Made by a program: the position numbers and the translations under genes. Shown here in pieces: positions 32,972 through 44,724 of a stretch of DNA of 64,000 bases (its first letter is position 1; every line of letters begins with the position of its first letter). A model generated the notes under the pieces. It had not been told where the DNA came from and made no database searches. It saw only the letters and a list, made by a program, of their open reading frames with translations. The stretch is from the NCBI GenBank assembly GCA_000004985.1, contig GG738907.1, one strand, 5' to 3'. The DNA is from Naegleria gruberi (lineage: Eukaryota).

Positions 32972-34489
32972 TTAATTAAACTTGGCAAGAATATTCTTCT
33001 TCAATAATTGGTATTCATCCTTATCAATGAGTCCCTTCTCAAAAAGAGCACCAACTCTCTCAAGCTCACCAATGGCACCACCACCACCACCATTTGAAGA
33101 TGTTGATGGAACTGAAACCTTATTAGCAGATTGAATTCTACTAGATTCCACACTCTTAAATTGATTATCAGGAACTTGATTTACAGAATTGTAACCCATT
33201 CTACTTGCAATTGAATTTCCAGTATTTGTTGCTCTTTCAATGGCTTCATCAGCTTCATCTTCCTGACTGTAGGTTCTTGATGGCTTATTTGGAGGTGGAG
33301 GAGTATTCATACTTGGTTTAGTTGGAATAGAAGGAGGAGGTGTTGATTTTCCAACACTGCTTCCACCATAAGGTGATGAGCTAGTAGTAGTTGTTGAATT
33401 TCCAAATGTTCTTGGACTTGGTTTAGTTGGAACGTTTGGTTGTGAAGATGGTGAAACCATTGGAACATCCAATCCAGGTGGTGGTTGCACAAGTGGTTTT
33501 GCTGTAATTGCAGGTCTAGAACCAACTTGTGGAGGAGGAGTATAACTTGATCCAAATGATGGTTGACTTCTAACAGGTGGTGGTGAATTATCAACAGATG
33601 GAGGAGATGTACTCTGTGGTTTTCCTGGAATTGGTGGAGGAACACCACGAGATGATGGAATTGGTGGAGCATTTCCTCTACTACTGTTACTATTAAATCC
33701 TGAAGATGTGGATGATGAATATGATGATGTAGATGAAGGAGGAGGTGTATCCATAGATGGTGGTGATGAATTATTATTCATTCCTCTAGATGGAATTGGT
33801 GGAGCATTTCCCTTTGGAGGTGGAACACTTGGTTTACTACCGAAAGATGGAAGTGATGGAGGTGGTTGTGGAGATTCTTCTTGTTGATCTCTTCTGGATG
33901 GAATTGGAGGAGCTGTACTGCCACCACCACCACCGAAACCACCACGAGGTTGTGGAACACTTGGTGGTTGTGGACGAGAGGAAGGTACAACTGGTGGTTG
34001 TGGTTTCGAACCGAAACCTCCACCACTACTGGTGCTGCTACCACCAAAGGATGGTTTTGGAGGAGGTGATTGAGAAGATGGAGAGGATTGTGGAGTACTG
34101 CTGCCTCCGCCTCCTCCTGCTTTCATTTGTCTCTTCTTCATCATTTCGTCCAACATTGGATTACCAGTTGGGACGAAACCACCTCCACCTCCCATACCAC
34201 CACCACCACTACTACCACCACCATATGATGATCCACCACCACCTGAAGTAGGAGGACGTGCTGATCCACCACCACCACCTCCAGAACCACCACCACCACC
34301 TCCTTTTGGAGCATCTAACAAGGCACCATCACGAATTTTCTTTTCACTTTCTGGGACTTTCTTCAATCTGGCTCCCTTGTTAATATCACTTAAAAGATTG
34401 GCTCTACCTGCAGATGGAGCTTTTACTTGAACTGTTGAGGTTGGTGGAGGAGGTGGAGAGACACCAACTGGCGGAGGAGGAACTGGCAT
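32972..34489 (-). CDS. WH2-domain proline/glycine-rich protein (verprolin/WIP-like architecture), 505 aa
   Basis: N-terminal polyPro, then WH2 motif RANLLSDINKGARLKKV. Long PPxP/GGGG low complexity. C-terminus ..GELERVGALFEKGLIDKDEYQLLKKNILAKFN. Opposite-strand ORFs 33307..34251 are low-complexity artefacts. Confidence 0.65.
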   Translation of the reverse strand: MPVPPPPVGVSPPPPPTSTVQVKAPSAGRANLLSDINKGARLKKVPESEKKIRDGALLDAPKGGGGGGSGGGGGGSARPPTSGGGGSSYGGGSSGGGGMGGGGGFVPTGNPMLDEMMKKRQMKAGGGGGSSTPQSSPSSQSPPPKPSFGGSSTSSGGGFGSKPQPPVVPSSRPQPPSVPQPRGGFGGGGGSTAPPIPSRRDQQEESPQPPPSLPSFGSKPSVPPPKGNAPPIPSRGMNNNSSPPSMDTPPPSSTSSYSSSTSSGFNSNSSRGNAPPIPSSRGVPPPIPGKPQSTSPPSVDNSPPPVRSQPSFGSSYTPPPQVGSRPAITAKPLVQPPPGLDVPMVSPSSQPNVPTKPSPRTFGNSTTTTSSSPYGGSSVGKSTPPPSIPTKPSMNTPPPPNKPSRTYSQEDEADEAIERATNTGNSIASRMGYNSVNQVPDNQFKSVESSRIQSANKVSVPSTSSNGGGGGAIGELERVGALFEKGLIDKDEYQLLKKNILAKFN

Positions 34490-34590
34490 TGTAAAAAATT
34501 GTGTTAATTGTTAACAATTGTTATTGAAAATATTTTGCAAATGGATTTTGGATTATTATTCACTTGATTGTTGTGATCACCCTGTGTGGA

Positions 34591-34640
34591 NNNNNNNNNN
34601 NNNNNNNNNNNNNNNNNNNNNNNNNNNNNNNNNNNNNNNN
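34591..34640. other. assembly gap (50 N)
   Basis: Run of N. Confidence 1.
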
Positions 34641-34791
34641 TTTAAAAGATCTAGAATTGTAAGTGCTCTTTTTTGAAACATCACATTTCATAGGAGTTTG
34701 ACGCGACGTAAAATCCAAAGTGAGATTAAATGGGTTTACAAAGACTTATTTAATTAATTTAATAAAGTGAAATCAAATTGTAAAGTTGTTT

Positions 34792-37325
34792 TTAAGGTTT
34801 TGGGTCTTCAGGTTCATCTCTTGCTTTTGTATTGTCTCTTGTTTGAAGAGTATCTTCATCTTCTTCAATGATTACAATTTCCTCCTCATTGGAAAGGATA
34901 ATTCTTTGAGAGTTATTTTCTTGTGAAATTTGCAATTCCTGCTGGGTAGCCTCTTCTTCTTGTTTAAGTACTATTCTAACTGATTCTGGTTCTGTAGATG
35001 TACTAGATTTAGGGTCTGCTGGTTCTGTTTGAACAAGTAAAAGAGGATCTGGTTTTGTGACCACATCAGGAGAGATCTTTCCCAAAATTTTTTGCCATTC
35101 ATCATGCCACGATCTATAGGATCTGATCTTTTTCAAATCGTCAACAGGTCTTTTAAAGTAGAGACTGTCTACAAGCTTCGAGTGGTCCGCCTTCTTCTTT
35201 CCCTTATCTGTTAAATGGTTAAGAACTTGAATAAATCCATCCCGATAGATTTTTGTTCTCTTCCTCCAAATCATCTTGAAAATAAAGTCTGAATTGAGTG
35301 GTAAACCTAAATCAAAATAGGTCATTTGGCAATATCTAGTTTTACCTTCATGAGTTCTAGTAAAGATGTGATAGAACAAGCCAGGAGCTTCTACATAGTT
35401 TTCTGTTTTCTTATTTTCCTCTTCTGATAGATATTTTGATGTAATAGATGGGTCCACAGATTTACCAACATTAATAAATGCATCCAAACCATCATCCCAG
35501 ACAGTACAGTAAATGTAATCATAAACTCTCTTTTTCAGCAAAGGCATAGACAAGTCAATAACTGTTCTTCCATAAGTTTTTCCAAAATAGTTACTACCAT
35601 CTTCTTGCACTTGTGGTGATGGTGGTGTATAATGTACAAAAGTATTTTCACTGAACGACAGAGGATCATAAATTTTGTGGAAATCTCCATGCCAAAACAT
35701 TGCCCAACAATCTTCAAGTGCATAAGGGAGAAGCATTACTGTCTTTGCTAATTTCATTCCCTTCATTTTCTGTGGATCGAAAGAATAAGTCTCTTTCGAA
35801 AGATAGCATTGTGTATTGTTTTCATCAAAAAAAAGTTCCCAATCAGGTGTATCCTCTGCTAGTGTGAAACCAAAGTAAATATCACTGTCTGTTACCACAT
35901 CCTTCCTCAAATCTTGAGGCTTAAATCTCAAATCTACTTTATACCCTTTAGAAATATCAAAGGCCATTTGCCTCATAAACTGTTCTCCCTTTCTCTTAAA
36001 GAAAGTTTTACAAGCGTTTGAACGAACAAATCTTGGAAATTGGTCCATCTTTAAATCCAAATGAACCTTTTCAATAACATCACGGAATAAATTAACAGGA
36101 TGTAACCTTGTTATCAAATCTGAAAGAGCTTGTAAATCTTCAACCTCCTCAGATTTTCCAATTAGATTTTCAAACTGTTTGTGAATACTCTCCCAATTCG
36201 CCAAGATTTTTGCCTTATTCCATCCCAAATTGAGTTGGTAGCTTGAGTTTGGTTTTAAAAAGTGATCATATATCGCACCTGCTGAATGTTTAAGCTTTGT
36301 CAAGTCTGAAATAACTCGGGAGAGATTAGAATGTGAATTTGAGCTAGTGGTAGGAATGGTGGTACTTGCGACACATACTACACCACCTAAGGTACCCAGA
36401 GTAGATCTAATCAGAGGAGCCAGACATCCAGTTTGATCTCTCCTAGTAGTAGTGGAGGTGTTACTGTTAGCAATATTGTTTGGAGTTGTGTTTTGTATGT
36501 TTGGCTTTGAGCTTGGTGAGGCTGGAGAAGTTACCATTTCAGCTGGGTGTTGTGTAGTGTCGCTTGTGAGAACCATTTGTGGGAGTGTCATGGTGTTATT
36601 ATCATTCGCGATAATAATACCTGTATTGGCAATTATTGTTGTATTGTTATTAGTGTTAGCATTTGCAGTGATTGTAGTGGCATTATTATTATTATTGTTA
36701 TTTGTTGAATAGTGGTGCTAGCACTCGTTGCCCCACTAGTGGTGATAGATACATTGTCAGCAATAGTACCAATTTGACTGCTGGTGGTGTTAACACTGCT
36801 TGATAGGGATGATGGTTGTTGTTGATTGGTAGGTGTGGATGAATTATTATTCTGAATATTATTATTATTGCTCGTACTGCTATTGGATGAGGTAGTTGTC
36901 GTTGTTGCTGTGGAGGGATTAGTAGAGGAAGTAGAAGTAGAATTTCCAGAAGAAAAGACCGCTTGAAACTCCTTTCTACTATGCATGCTCTGATAACTGG
37001 CAACATATTCATCGGTCATCTTTAAAAACTCAAAAGGTTCTTCACTACATTCTCCTGATTGTACTTTGCGGAAAAGGCTTCTAAATTCTGGGTTTTTGAT
37101 TGCCTCTTCATAAATAATTTCATAATTATCAGGATGAAAAGCCTTTTTGTTTGAATTAGTTGGAACTGATGGAACAACAGTAACAACATCCGATTCAGTC
37201 ATGGTATCTGTGTGTGCAGTTGTATCATTTTGAACACCATCACTTTCTGATGAAGTATTGGTGCTCGAGAAGGTATTCAAACTATCATCGGACATGAATG
37301 TGTGATTAGATGTTATTGTTGACAA
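34792..37325 (-). CDS. RGS-domain protein with large C-terminal uncharacterised domain; apparent 1-nt frame discontinuity in poly-Asn/Thr low complexity near 36690..36720
   Basis: RGS signature split as ..FRKVQSGECSEEPFEFLKMTDEY.. (37000..37100) and ..VHLDLKMDQFPRFVRSNACKTFF.. (about 36050). The upstream and downstream minus-strand frames are both open across 36560..36720 and are offset by one base within an (AAT)n / ATA run. Confidence 0.6.
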
Positions 37326-38800
37326 GTATTTTTTTGTGAATTTTTAAAGAGCCATCCTGTTGAAGTGGACATGATGAACGCATTAACGAATATGAATTCT
37401 TCATCATCATGTTTTGTTATTTATACTATGTTCATTACTAGTTGATGATGATGAAAATAAGCATGTGGAAATTCAATGAGCAAATTGTGTGTAAATTCCC
37501 AACGTCCGATTATTGAATAAAAATATTTTTGCCAATTAATTTTTACATCTCCACTAATTTGTGAAAATTTTCATTTTCAACATCTTTGGTAATAGTGTTG
37601 TTGATGTGAAGACATACGCAATTTTAGTTGCACAACAATAATGTAGGGAACACATGTGAATGTTCAACAACATATGAATGTGAATGATGGATGTAAAATT
37701 ACAGGTCAATAATATGATGAAGAGTTTCAATGAATATGCACATGGCACATGCAATTTTCAATGTTTGATGTAGAAAATAGTAGATGTACATGTGCAAGTC
37801 ATCTATCTAGCATTCACAAACACTACATTGTGTATGCCCAATTCTGATTTTCAAAGATTACATGTTGCACTTGTTGATGTTTGTTGGTGGTGAGCTTTGC
37901 AATTTTTGTTTCTGTTGATTATGGAGAAGATACAACAACGTTTGACGTTGTTGATTGGTCACTAGCTGTACTGTTATTTCTTCTTGGTGTTGTTGTATTT
38001 GTTTTCTATCCAAAAAAGGTAAAGTAAGGAACCCTCGTTAAATTTCAACAAACTTGTTCATCAAACATTTGATGCAGGCTGCTGCTGTTCATGGTTGTAT
38101 ACTTCCCTTTTTTCAACCATTCCTAAAGGTAATGTTCATAATTGGATACTCCTTAATTCAGATGAATTGTAGAAAAGCTTTACACATGCTGTGGAGTTGT
38201 TGAACTTTGTTGGGAAGAGACGAAACTTTGTGTGAATTTTTTTAAGGACGACAATTTCGTTTGTTTTGATGAGGTTTACTTGTGTGTTGTGTTATTTTGT
38301 TTGGTTGTTGTTGAGGTGTGGTGCGAAATTTATGGCCCATATTACACAATGCACATTAAAAGCAACTGCTGCTTTAATAACATCACACAAATAGATTGAA
38401 GATGACAACAACACTGTACTCAACGACAAATAGGCACAATACAACTCTATCCAAACAGTTTTAATGTGATATCAAGATGCTTCCGTACACATGATGATCA
38501 AGGTTCTTGTTTGTAGAAAATGTACATTTAAAGAAAATGTATATCTCTTCAATTGTAATGTGTGGTCTCACTTTAAATAGAAGCCATATCAATATGCGAT
38601 TTCTCGATACAATTAATATACAACCATGAGGAGAGATTCATTCATATTATACAAGGGTTTTATATTATCAATCTCCTCAGCTATAGATGATTGAGGAGGA
38701 GTTTTATTATAGTGAAGAGATTGAATCACAAAGCTCTTTTAAATTGATTTGTTCCTTATCTATTAGAGAAGAATATCGCCCTTAATCCAAGCAACAGTCA

Positions 38801-40546
38801 CTATCCTTTATTGAGGTAGAATGAGCAAGGAGATGAGCTATCAAACCAACCATCGCCATTAACACAAGCTCCATCGAAATGATTGGCAGAAACTCGGTAA
38901 TTTCTCGAATGATAATCCTCAGTGAATGAATCAAAATTTAACAAGTTTCTGCATGAGAACAATGGAACGGCTCCATCGTGTGTCCACTGATTCATTATTG
39001 GACTGAGTGCAGCCAAGGCCAAATTAAGAGGAGTAAATGGGTTCAATCCAGAACTTTTAGTTCCACACATGTATCCAGTAACATATTTGGAGATTAATGG
39101 TGAAATTTCATTCTTCAAAACATCCGAAGTGGTGAGAGATTGCAAAGCACTTGTTGGTTTACCATACTCCTCACACAACCCAATATCCACAGCATAACTT
39201 GAAAATCCACCCAGTGAGCACACCCTCACTCCAAAATCAGCCAATGGTGATCCAAGTATTGGTCCCATGATATTGTACCAGCTGGTTGACTTGACATCAA
39301 TTTCAATAAGTCCTCTGCTAATTGCTGCAGCAACCATGAGATTTCCCATAGAGTGAGCAAAGATGATGGTATTTCTAACAGTGTTGGTCTTGTTGGAAAT
39401 GAAATCTGGAACTAGAATTTTGCTGACTGCTAATTGTAAATCAAAATTGTCCCAACCTCTTGAGTTGGATTCTTCTCTCATGAAAATTCTCTCTGAACAG
39501 TAGGGTGTGTAATGGTCAATTTGACCCCAATACTCGCCATTTCTGAAAGCATTTGAAGAGTAAACTGGAAGACCTGAATGTTCTCTGCTCGTTCCGTATC
39601 TGTGAGTGATTTGCATTGAGGAATAGAAATTTCGAATAGTACTTACCCATGGAGAAACACGCATCTCTTCAAAGAATTTGTATTTCGTTTTGATTGGGTA
39701 GGTTGAGTTTTTACAATTGGACCCCTTCAACCATGGTAGAATGCAAGCATGTGAATCTTGATTAAGAAAATAAGCTGTGTGATGAGAAGTTTCTTTTAGA
39801 ATTCTTGTTGCTTTTCCAACAGTTTTAGAAACCTTATTTTTTGGAAACTTGTGATATTCATCCTTGAAAGATTCCACAATGGATTCTTTCATTCTTGCTG
39901 GAGCCAATTCATCAACCTTAGCTATGAATTCTCTTCCAACAATAAATCTTAAAGAACTAATATCTCTCTTTCCCTTTTTAATACAAAGTAGATAGTGCTG
40001 TTCATGAAAAGAGGAAACAACCAAATCATTTTCATGAAAATTACACAAATCATCAACAACTCTATCATAAATCTTGGTGTGATTCTTAATTATAAAGGAT
40101 TTGTTTTCATACGAGTTCATGATTAGATGGAAAGGAATGTCCATATCGATTTCTGGTAATGCTGAACAAGATTGTGAGTCTTTAAGACATGATTCGGAAG
40201 TGAATCGTTCCTTTGATGAATCGAAATAATGAGAAATTGTCATGTTCAACTTTTGGTCTCGAACTGTTGCTTTGGAATATATTTGATAAATATTGGAATC
40301 GTTTCTGATGATAAATCCATTCATAAAAACATTCATTCTGATTCCATGATTTCTTGGTTGTATTGAAAGTCTGAAATTTGAGAATTGAGGAAAATTCAAC
40401 CAATTTCCTTTGAGAGGAATAAAATCACCATCATTTCCAAATTTGTTAATATTTGGATTGGTAAGTTTTAATTCAAGACTTGAAACTGAATAACAGAGCA
40501 ATACAAGAAGAATAGTAACAAGACTGAAGGATAGATATTGATTCAT
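38801..40546 (-). CDS. secreted alpha/beta-hydrolase (lipase-like, GxSxG) protein, 581 aa
   Basis: Signal peptide MNQYLSFSLVTILLVLLCYSVSS. Nucleophile-elbow-like IFAHSMGNLMVAAAI, as in the LCAT / PGAP1 / DUF676 lipase-type families. Family assignment is tentative. Confidence 0.5.
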   Translation of the reverse strand: MNQYLSFSLVTILLVLLCYSVSSLELKLTNPNINKFGNDGDFIPLKGNWLNFPQFSNFRLSIQPRNHGIRMNVFMNGFIIRNDSNIYQIYSKATVRDQKLNMTISHYFDSSKERFTSESCLKDSQSCSALPEIDMDIPFHLIMNSYENKSFIIKNHTKIYDRVVDDLCNFHENDLVVSSFHEQHYLLCIKKGKRDISSLRFIVGREFIAKVDELAPARMKESIVESFKDEYHKFPKNKVSKTVGKATRILKETSHHTAYFLNQDSHACILPWLKGSNCKNSTYPIKTKYKFFEEMRVSPWVSTIRNFYSSMQITHRYGTSREHSGLPVYSSNAFRNGEYWGQIDHYTPYCSERIFMREESNSRGWDNFDLQLAVSKILVPDFISNKTNTVRNTIIFAHSMGNLMVAAAISRGLIEIDVKSTSWYNIMGPILGSPLADFGVRVCSLGGFSSYAVDIGLCEEYGKPTSALQSLTTSDVLKNEISPLISKYVTGYMCGTKSSGLNPFTPLNLALAALSPIMNQWTHDGAVPLFSCRNLLNFDSFTEDYHSRNYRVSANHFDGACVNGDGWFDSSSPCSFYLNKG

Positions 40547-40781
40547 TTTTTTCTAACATCTAATGATTATGTGCTCACTCAACAAACATGATTCAGAAAA
40601 TGAAATTTCCAATTATATCAAGTTTACTTTCTTGTCCAGAAAAATAAAAATCTCCAATGCGCTTTCATCTCTCTATCACACCATCGATATGGGAAACATA
40701 CTGCGAGAGTTTAGACTAAACATGAAAGCTCAATAAAAATTGAATTGTGAAATTATTTACAATATTTTTACATCAAATGTT

Positions 40782-41834
40782 TTATTTACTTGATGGATCA
40801 TTAATACCATCATTATAAATACCAAAGTTGCATTCACCTTCGGGCAGTGATGGAGAATCATAAATCTTACAAACTCTTTCTTCACCTTTACCTTTTCTTA
40901 AGAATAAACGAGTTGTTGCCATGTGAGCCATAATGTGACCACCAATTGGTTTCATTTGAACTGCACCTGCAAAAGTAGCACCATCAACAGTAGCAACTAC
41001 TTGATTTGTAACAACTACAGCAACATGGAATTCATCAGCAAGTTTCAATAAACTCTTTAAGAAAGCAGAAAGTCTAATTTGTCTAGCATTCAATTCACCA
41101 CGTCCAGAAAATTCAGAACGATATAAACCAGTAACACTGTCAACAATAATAACTGCATAGTGACTTTCTGAAAGTAATTTTGGAGCTTCACTCAATAATT
41201 TTTCTTGGTGATCACTTGAATAAGCTCTAGCAAATGTAACATTATCTAAAACTTCGGAATATTTAAGACCAAAACGATCTGCAATTGGTTCTAAACGTTC
41301 AGGACGGAAAGTACCTTCTGTATCAATATAAAGTGCTTTACCTTCACCACCACCACTTTCAAGAGGTAATTGACAAGTTACACAAAGTGTATGACAAATT
41401 TGTGTTTTACCAGTTCTAAATTCACCAAACATTTCTGTTAATGAATTTGATTCAATACCTCCACCTAATAATTTATCTAATTCCTTTGATCCTGTTGAAA
41501 CTTTGATTACTTTCTTTCTAACTTCTTGATATTGTGTTGCTGATGAAAATCCTGATGGAAAAAGTTTTTGTGCTGCTTCTATAATTTTATCAGCTTTTTG
41601 TTCACTGATACCTTTAACATTGATAATAACTTTCTTTGGAGTCATGATGAGTGATTGAACAGTATGGAAATTACCTGCTACAAGTTTTTTAACGTCAGTA
41701 GCAGAAATACCATGGTTTTCTAATTCTTGAATAGGAATAAAAGATTCTCCTACTTCTACAGCTTCGGATGTTTCTTCAGCAACTTCTTCTTCTTCTTCAA
41801 CTTCTTCTACGACTTTAGATTTGGCTCTTGGCAT
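40782..41834 (-). CDS. rad51: Rad51 recombinase (350 aa, single exon)
   Basis: About 70 % identical by eye to human RAD51. Walker [10 protein letters not shown], Walker B LIVDS, and the N-terminal HhH region ([19 protein letters not shown]) are present. Confidence 0.9.
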   Translation of the reverse strand: MPRAKSKVVEEVEEEEEVAEETSEAVEVGESFIPIQELENHGISATDVKKLVAGNFHTVQSLIMTPKKVIINVKGISEQKADKIIEAAQKLFPSGFSSATQYQEVRKKVIKVSTGSKELDKLLGGGIESNSLTEMFGEFRTGKTQICHTLCVTCQLPLESGGGEGKALYIDTEGTFRPERLEPIADRFGLKYSEVLDNVTFARAYSSDHQEKLLSEAPKLLSESHYAVIIVDSVTGLYRSEFSGRGELNARQIRLSAFLKSLLKLADEFHVAVVVTNQVVATVDGATFAGAVQMKPIGGHIMAHMATTRLFLRKGKGEERVCKIYDSPSLPEGECNFGIYNDGINDPSSK

Positions 41835-42149
41835 TTTGATGAATAAATTTGCTTAGGGTTTTTGTACAATTAGTTGTTTTGATTATTTTTTAGCTTGTTG
41901 TTTTCTGATGATGAAAAGTTCCAGCGTATTTTATTTAAAAATGCGCAGCAAGTTAATTTCTTGTGAAAATTGGAAGAGAGTAAAAACTGGAACTTGAGAA
42001 TCAAAAACCGCCAAAACAAAAAATACATGATAAAGTAGAAGAAGAAACAAATTGAATTTAATAAGAGGGATATGTGATAATATACTTTGAGATGGTTATT
42101 GGTTGGATTGAATTTAAAATGATATCAAAAAATGCAAAGACATCATCAA

Positions 42150-44117
42150 CAGCTTGTTGATTCAGAAGTAAAATCATCAACAGCAGTGATGAAGCCTTCT
42201 CTTTTATCGGAGCATGTTAGAACATCTTCTTCAACAAGAAATGATTATATTGATAGTATGTTTTCAATGATGATAGAGGAATAATAGAAAATTATTATCC
42301 ATTAAATAGATATTCAAGCCTGTATTGATGTTGGAGAAAAATTGAAAAGTCTTCTTGGTCCTAAAGCTTTGGAAAATTTAATTGTGGATAGGGAGAGTGG
42401 AGAAATAATTATTACTAATGATGGTGCAACAGCTATTGAATATATGGTAAGGATTAAAGTTCGAATTGCTATTATAATTTATGGATTCATAGAAATTTAA
42501 TAATCCTCTTGCACAATTATTTATTGAATTGAGTCAATCAGTGGATGATCAGATAGGTGATGGTACTACATCTGTGGTTGTATTGGCGTCTTCAATGTAT
42601 GTTGTAAAATTGTTGATTGGATTCTAATGATAATAGGTTGGAGCAATCTTTGAAACTCATTAGAGAAGGTGTTCATCCAATGAAAATTGTGAAATACTAT
42701 TCGATTTTTAATGACATTATTGAAAAACATTTGACTGAATATCAAGCATTAAAATTAGAATTGAACAATGAATCCAGTAAATCATATATAACACAGGTAA
42801 ATATTTCAATAATTTTGGATATTAATATATTGGATGACAAAGCTGGTCAAGACTACATTAAATTCTAAATTTTCTAGCACTTCGATTCCAAATCTATCCC
42901 ATATTGCTGTGGATTCAATGTATATAACAAAGGGAGAACGAAGATTTATCAAAATTATTAAGAGTGGAAAAGCAGAAAACTCTATAACTTTCAGAGGATC
43001 AAGTACGAATGAAACAAAAATTATATCTAATGAAATAATTGTAAATACCAATTTTATACACGAGAATATGAAGGAAAATGTAAATTTAAAGAATCAAAAA
43101 TTAGCACTTGTACTATTTGAGCTTGATAAGCCAAAAGCTCACAAGTCAAGGTTGGATGACATCAACTCTATTGATAATTCCCAAATTGATAGACTTATCA
43201 AAGAGGAAGAATCATATATTAAGAAAATAGTTGTTCAACTGAAAAAGCTAGGAGTAGGCTTGATTTGTGTTCAAGAAAATCTCTCTGCAGGGTTTCATGC
43301 AGGCGTTTCGGATACAGCAAAATTTTGGCTCCAAAAATCAAAAATCAATTGTATGATACCCATCTCAAAAGATGAAATGAATTTAATTGCAGATGCATTT
43401 CAGTTACATGCCATATCATCTATTGATCAGCTCAGTAATTTGGTAGAAAGTGGAACCACAGAAGAAAAAGGTAAATTTGTTCAATCAATAGAATATGTGA
43501 AGCATCTTAGTATTGGAAGACAATCATTTATATCGTTTGGACAAACCGCAGAACAATACCAAAATTATCCATGTGCAACTATTGTACTGAGTGCTCCAAC
43601 TCAAGTGGCTGTAGATGAGGTAGAGAGAGCACTACATGATGCACTTAGAGTAGTGGAAGTTTGTTTCAAACATCCTTCACTTGTACCTGGAGGTGGTGCA
43701 TGTGAAATGTCACTCTCGGCCTACATTCATTGTAATTTTCTTAATAGTACCACAAATAGTAATAAGTGCTCTCCCTTAGAAAAACTGATAATGGCTAGTT
43801 TTTCTAATGCTATTGAGGAAGTACCTCACATACTCAGTCAAGGATGTCAAAATCATGTTCCATCAGCACTTTTGAATGAATTGAGACATATTTATACAGA
43901 GTCAATATATCACAACCAACCAAGCCCAAATGTTGGCATCTATCTAAGCAATCAACAAGAGGAAACCCTTCACCCCATCCAAGACATGAAAGAACGGAAA
44001 GTTTTCGAATTACTTCACAGCAAAATCTCACAAATGAAAATGGCTCTGCAAACAGTTCAACGAATCCTCAAGATTAGAAAAGTTTTCATTTCCACTCCTC
44101 CAACCACTAATAAATAA
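42150..44117 (+). CDS. T-complex protein 1 subunit theta-like chaperonin (CCT8-like), at least 5 exons (…, 42310..42446, 42493..42596, 42637..42796, 42843..44117); 5' exons unresolved
   Basis: NIQACIDVGEKLKSLLGPKALENLIVD..IITNDGATAIEYM|KFNNPLAQLFIELSQSVDDQIGDGTTSVVVLASSM|LEQSLKLIREGVHP..|LVKTTLNSK.. ... VPGGGA. Matches CCT-theta landmarks (RNIQAC, VTNDAATIL, HPAAKM, GDGTN). Introns are 40 to 46 bp. Confidence 0.65.
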
Positions 44118-44281
44118 TAATCTTAATAATATTTTACATCATTGTACATTTAAATTCTCATACTTTTCTTGCAATTTAAACCAAGAAGAAATTGATTTTG
44201 CTATGAAGCAGCATTCAATCAAATTGTTTCAAAAAGAAAAATAAATTAAAAAATAATTGAAAAAAATATTCATCATCACAA

Positions 44282-44557
44282 ATGGGCCTCCGTCAACTTC
44301 TCAGCAAGATTCCAATCGTTAAATACTTTGTTCCATCGGATAATGTCATGGAAAAGTCATATGATTGGGTTAAATATTTTGGAAACTTTGGATTTTCTGC
44401 TCTTTCAACTTTGATGGTTATTTATATTCCATTGATGATTGCTAACGATCTTGAAAAGCAATCACTCCATAAGATAGTGAGTGCTTCTTATGGTGTTAAA
44501 TTGGAAAACAGAAATTCATACCCTCCATCCCAAAGTAGTAACGTTAATGTTCTCTAA
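44282..44557 (+). CDS. possible small single-pass membrane protein (91 aa)
   Basis: ORF with one hydrophobic segment (FGFSALSTLMVIYIPLMI). Weak evidence. Confidence 0.3.
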   Translation: MGLRQLLSKIPIVKYFVPSDNVMEKSYDWVKYFGNFGFSALSTLMVIYIPLMIANDLEKQSLHKIVSASYGVKLENRNSYPPSQSSNVNVL

Positions 44558-44724
44558 AAAGCTTCCTTTTCCACAACATTACGAATTATATCGAATGATG
44601 ACTCACCTTTTAACTTTTTCCGAACAACATACCACCCCATTCTCACTTCCCGTTTCTTTTAATTAAAAACAAAAAATCCTTTAAATCCTTTTGTTATTAT
44701 TTATTATATTTATGTAATATTACA

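Noticed and set aside
33307-34251. Four His/Leu/Val-rich ORFs (33307..33672-, 33778..34047-, 33790..34251+, 33866..34069+) overlapping the WH2/proline-rich gene
   Set aside because: They are alternative-frame or opposite-strand readings of the CCA/GGT-rich polyPro/polyGly coding repeats. Their composition is artefactual and there is no independent start or stop logic.
42150-44117. Considered calling the divergent chaperonin a BBS-type (MKKS/BBS10-like) chaperonin-like gene or a novel CCT paralogue
   Set aside because: The block NIQAC..ITNDGATAI..(H/N)P(A/L)A..GDGTT and the overall length fit CCT-theta, which is the most divergent canonical CCT subunit. So this is probably the ordinary CCT8 orthologue.
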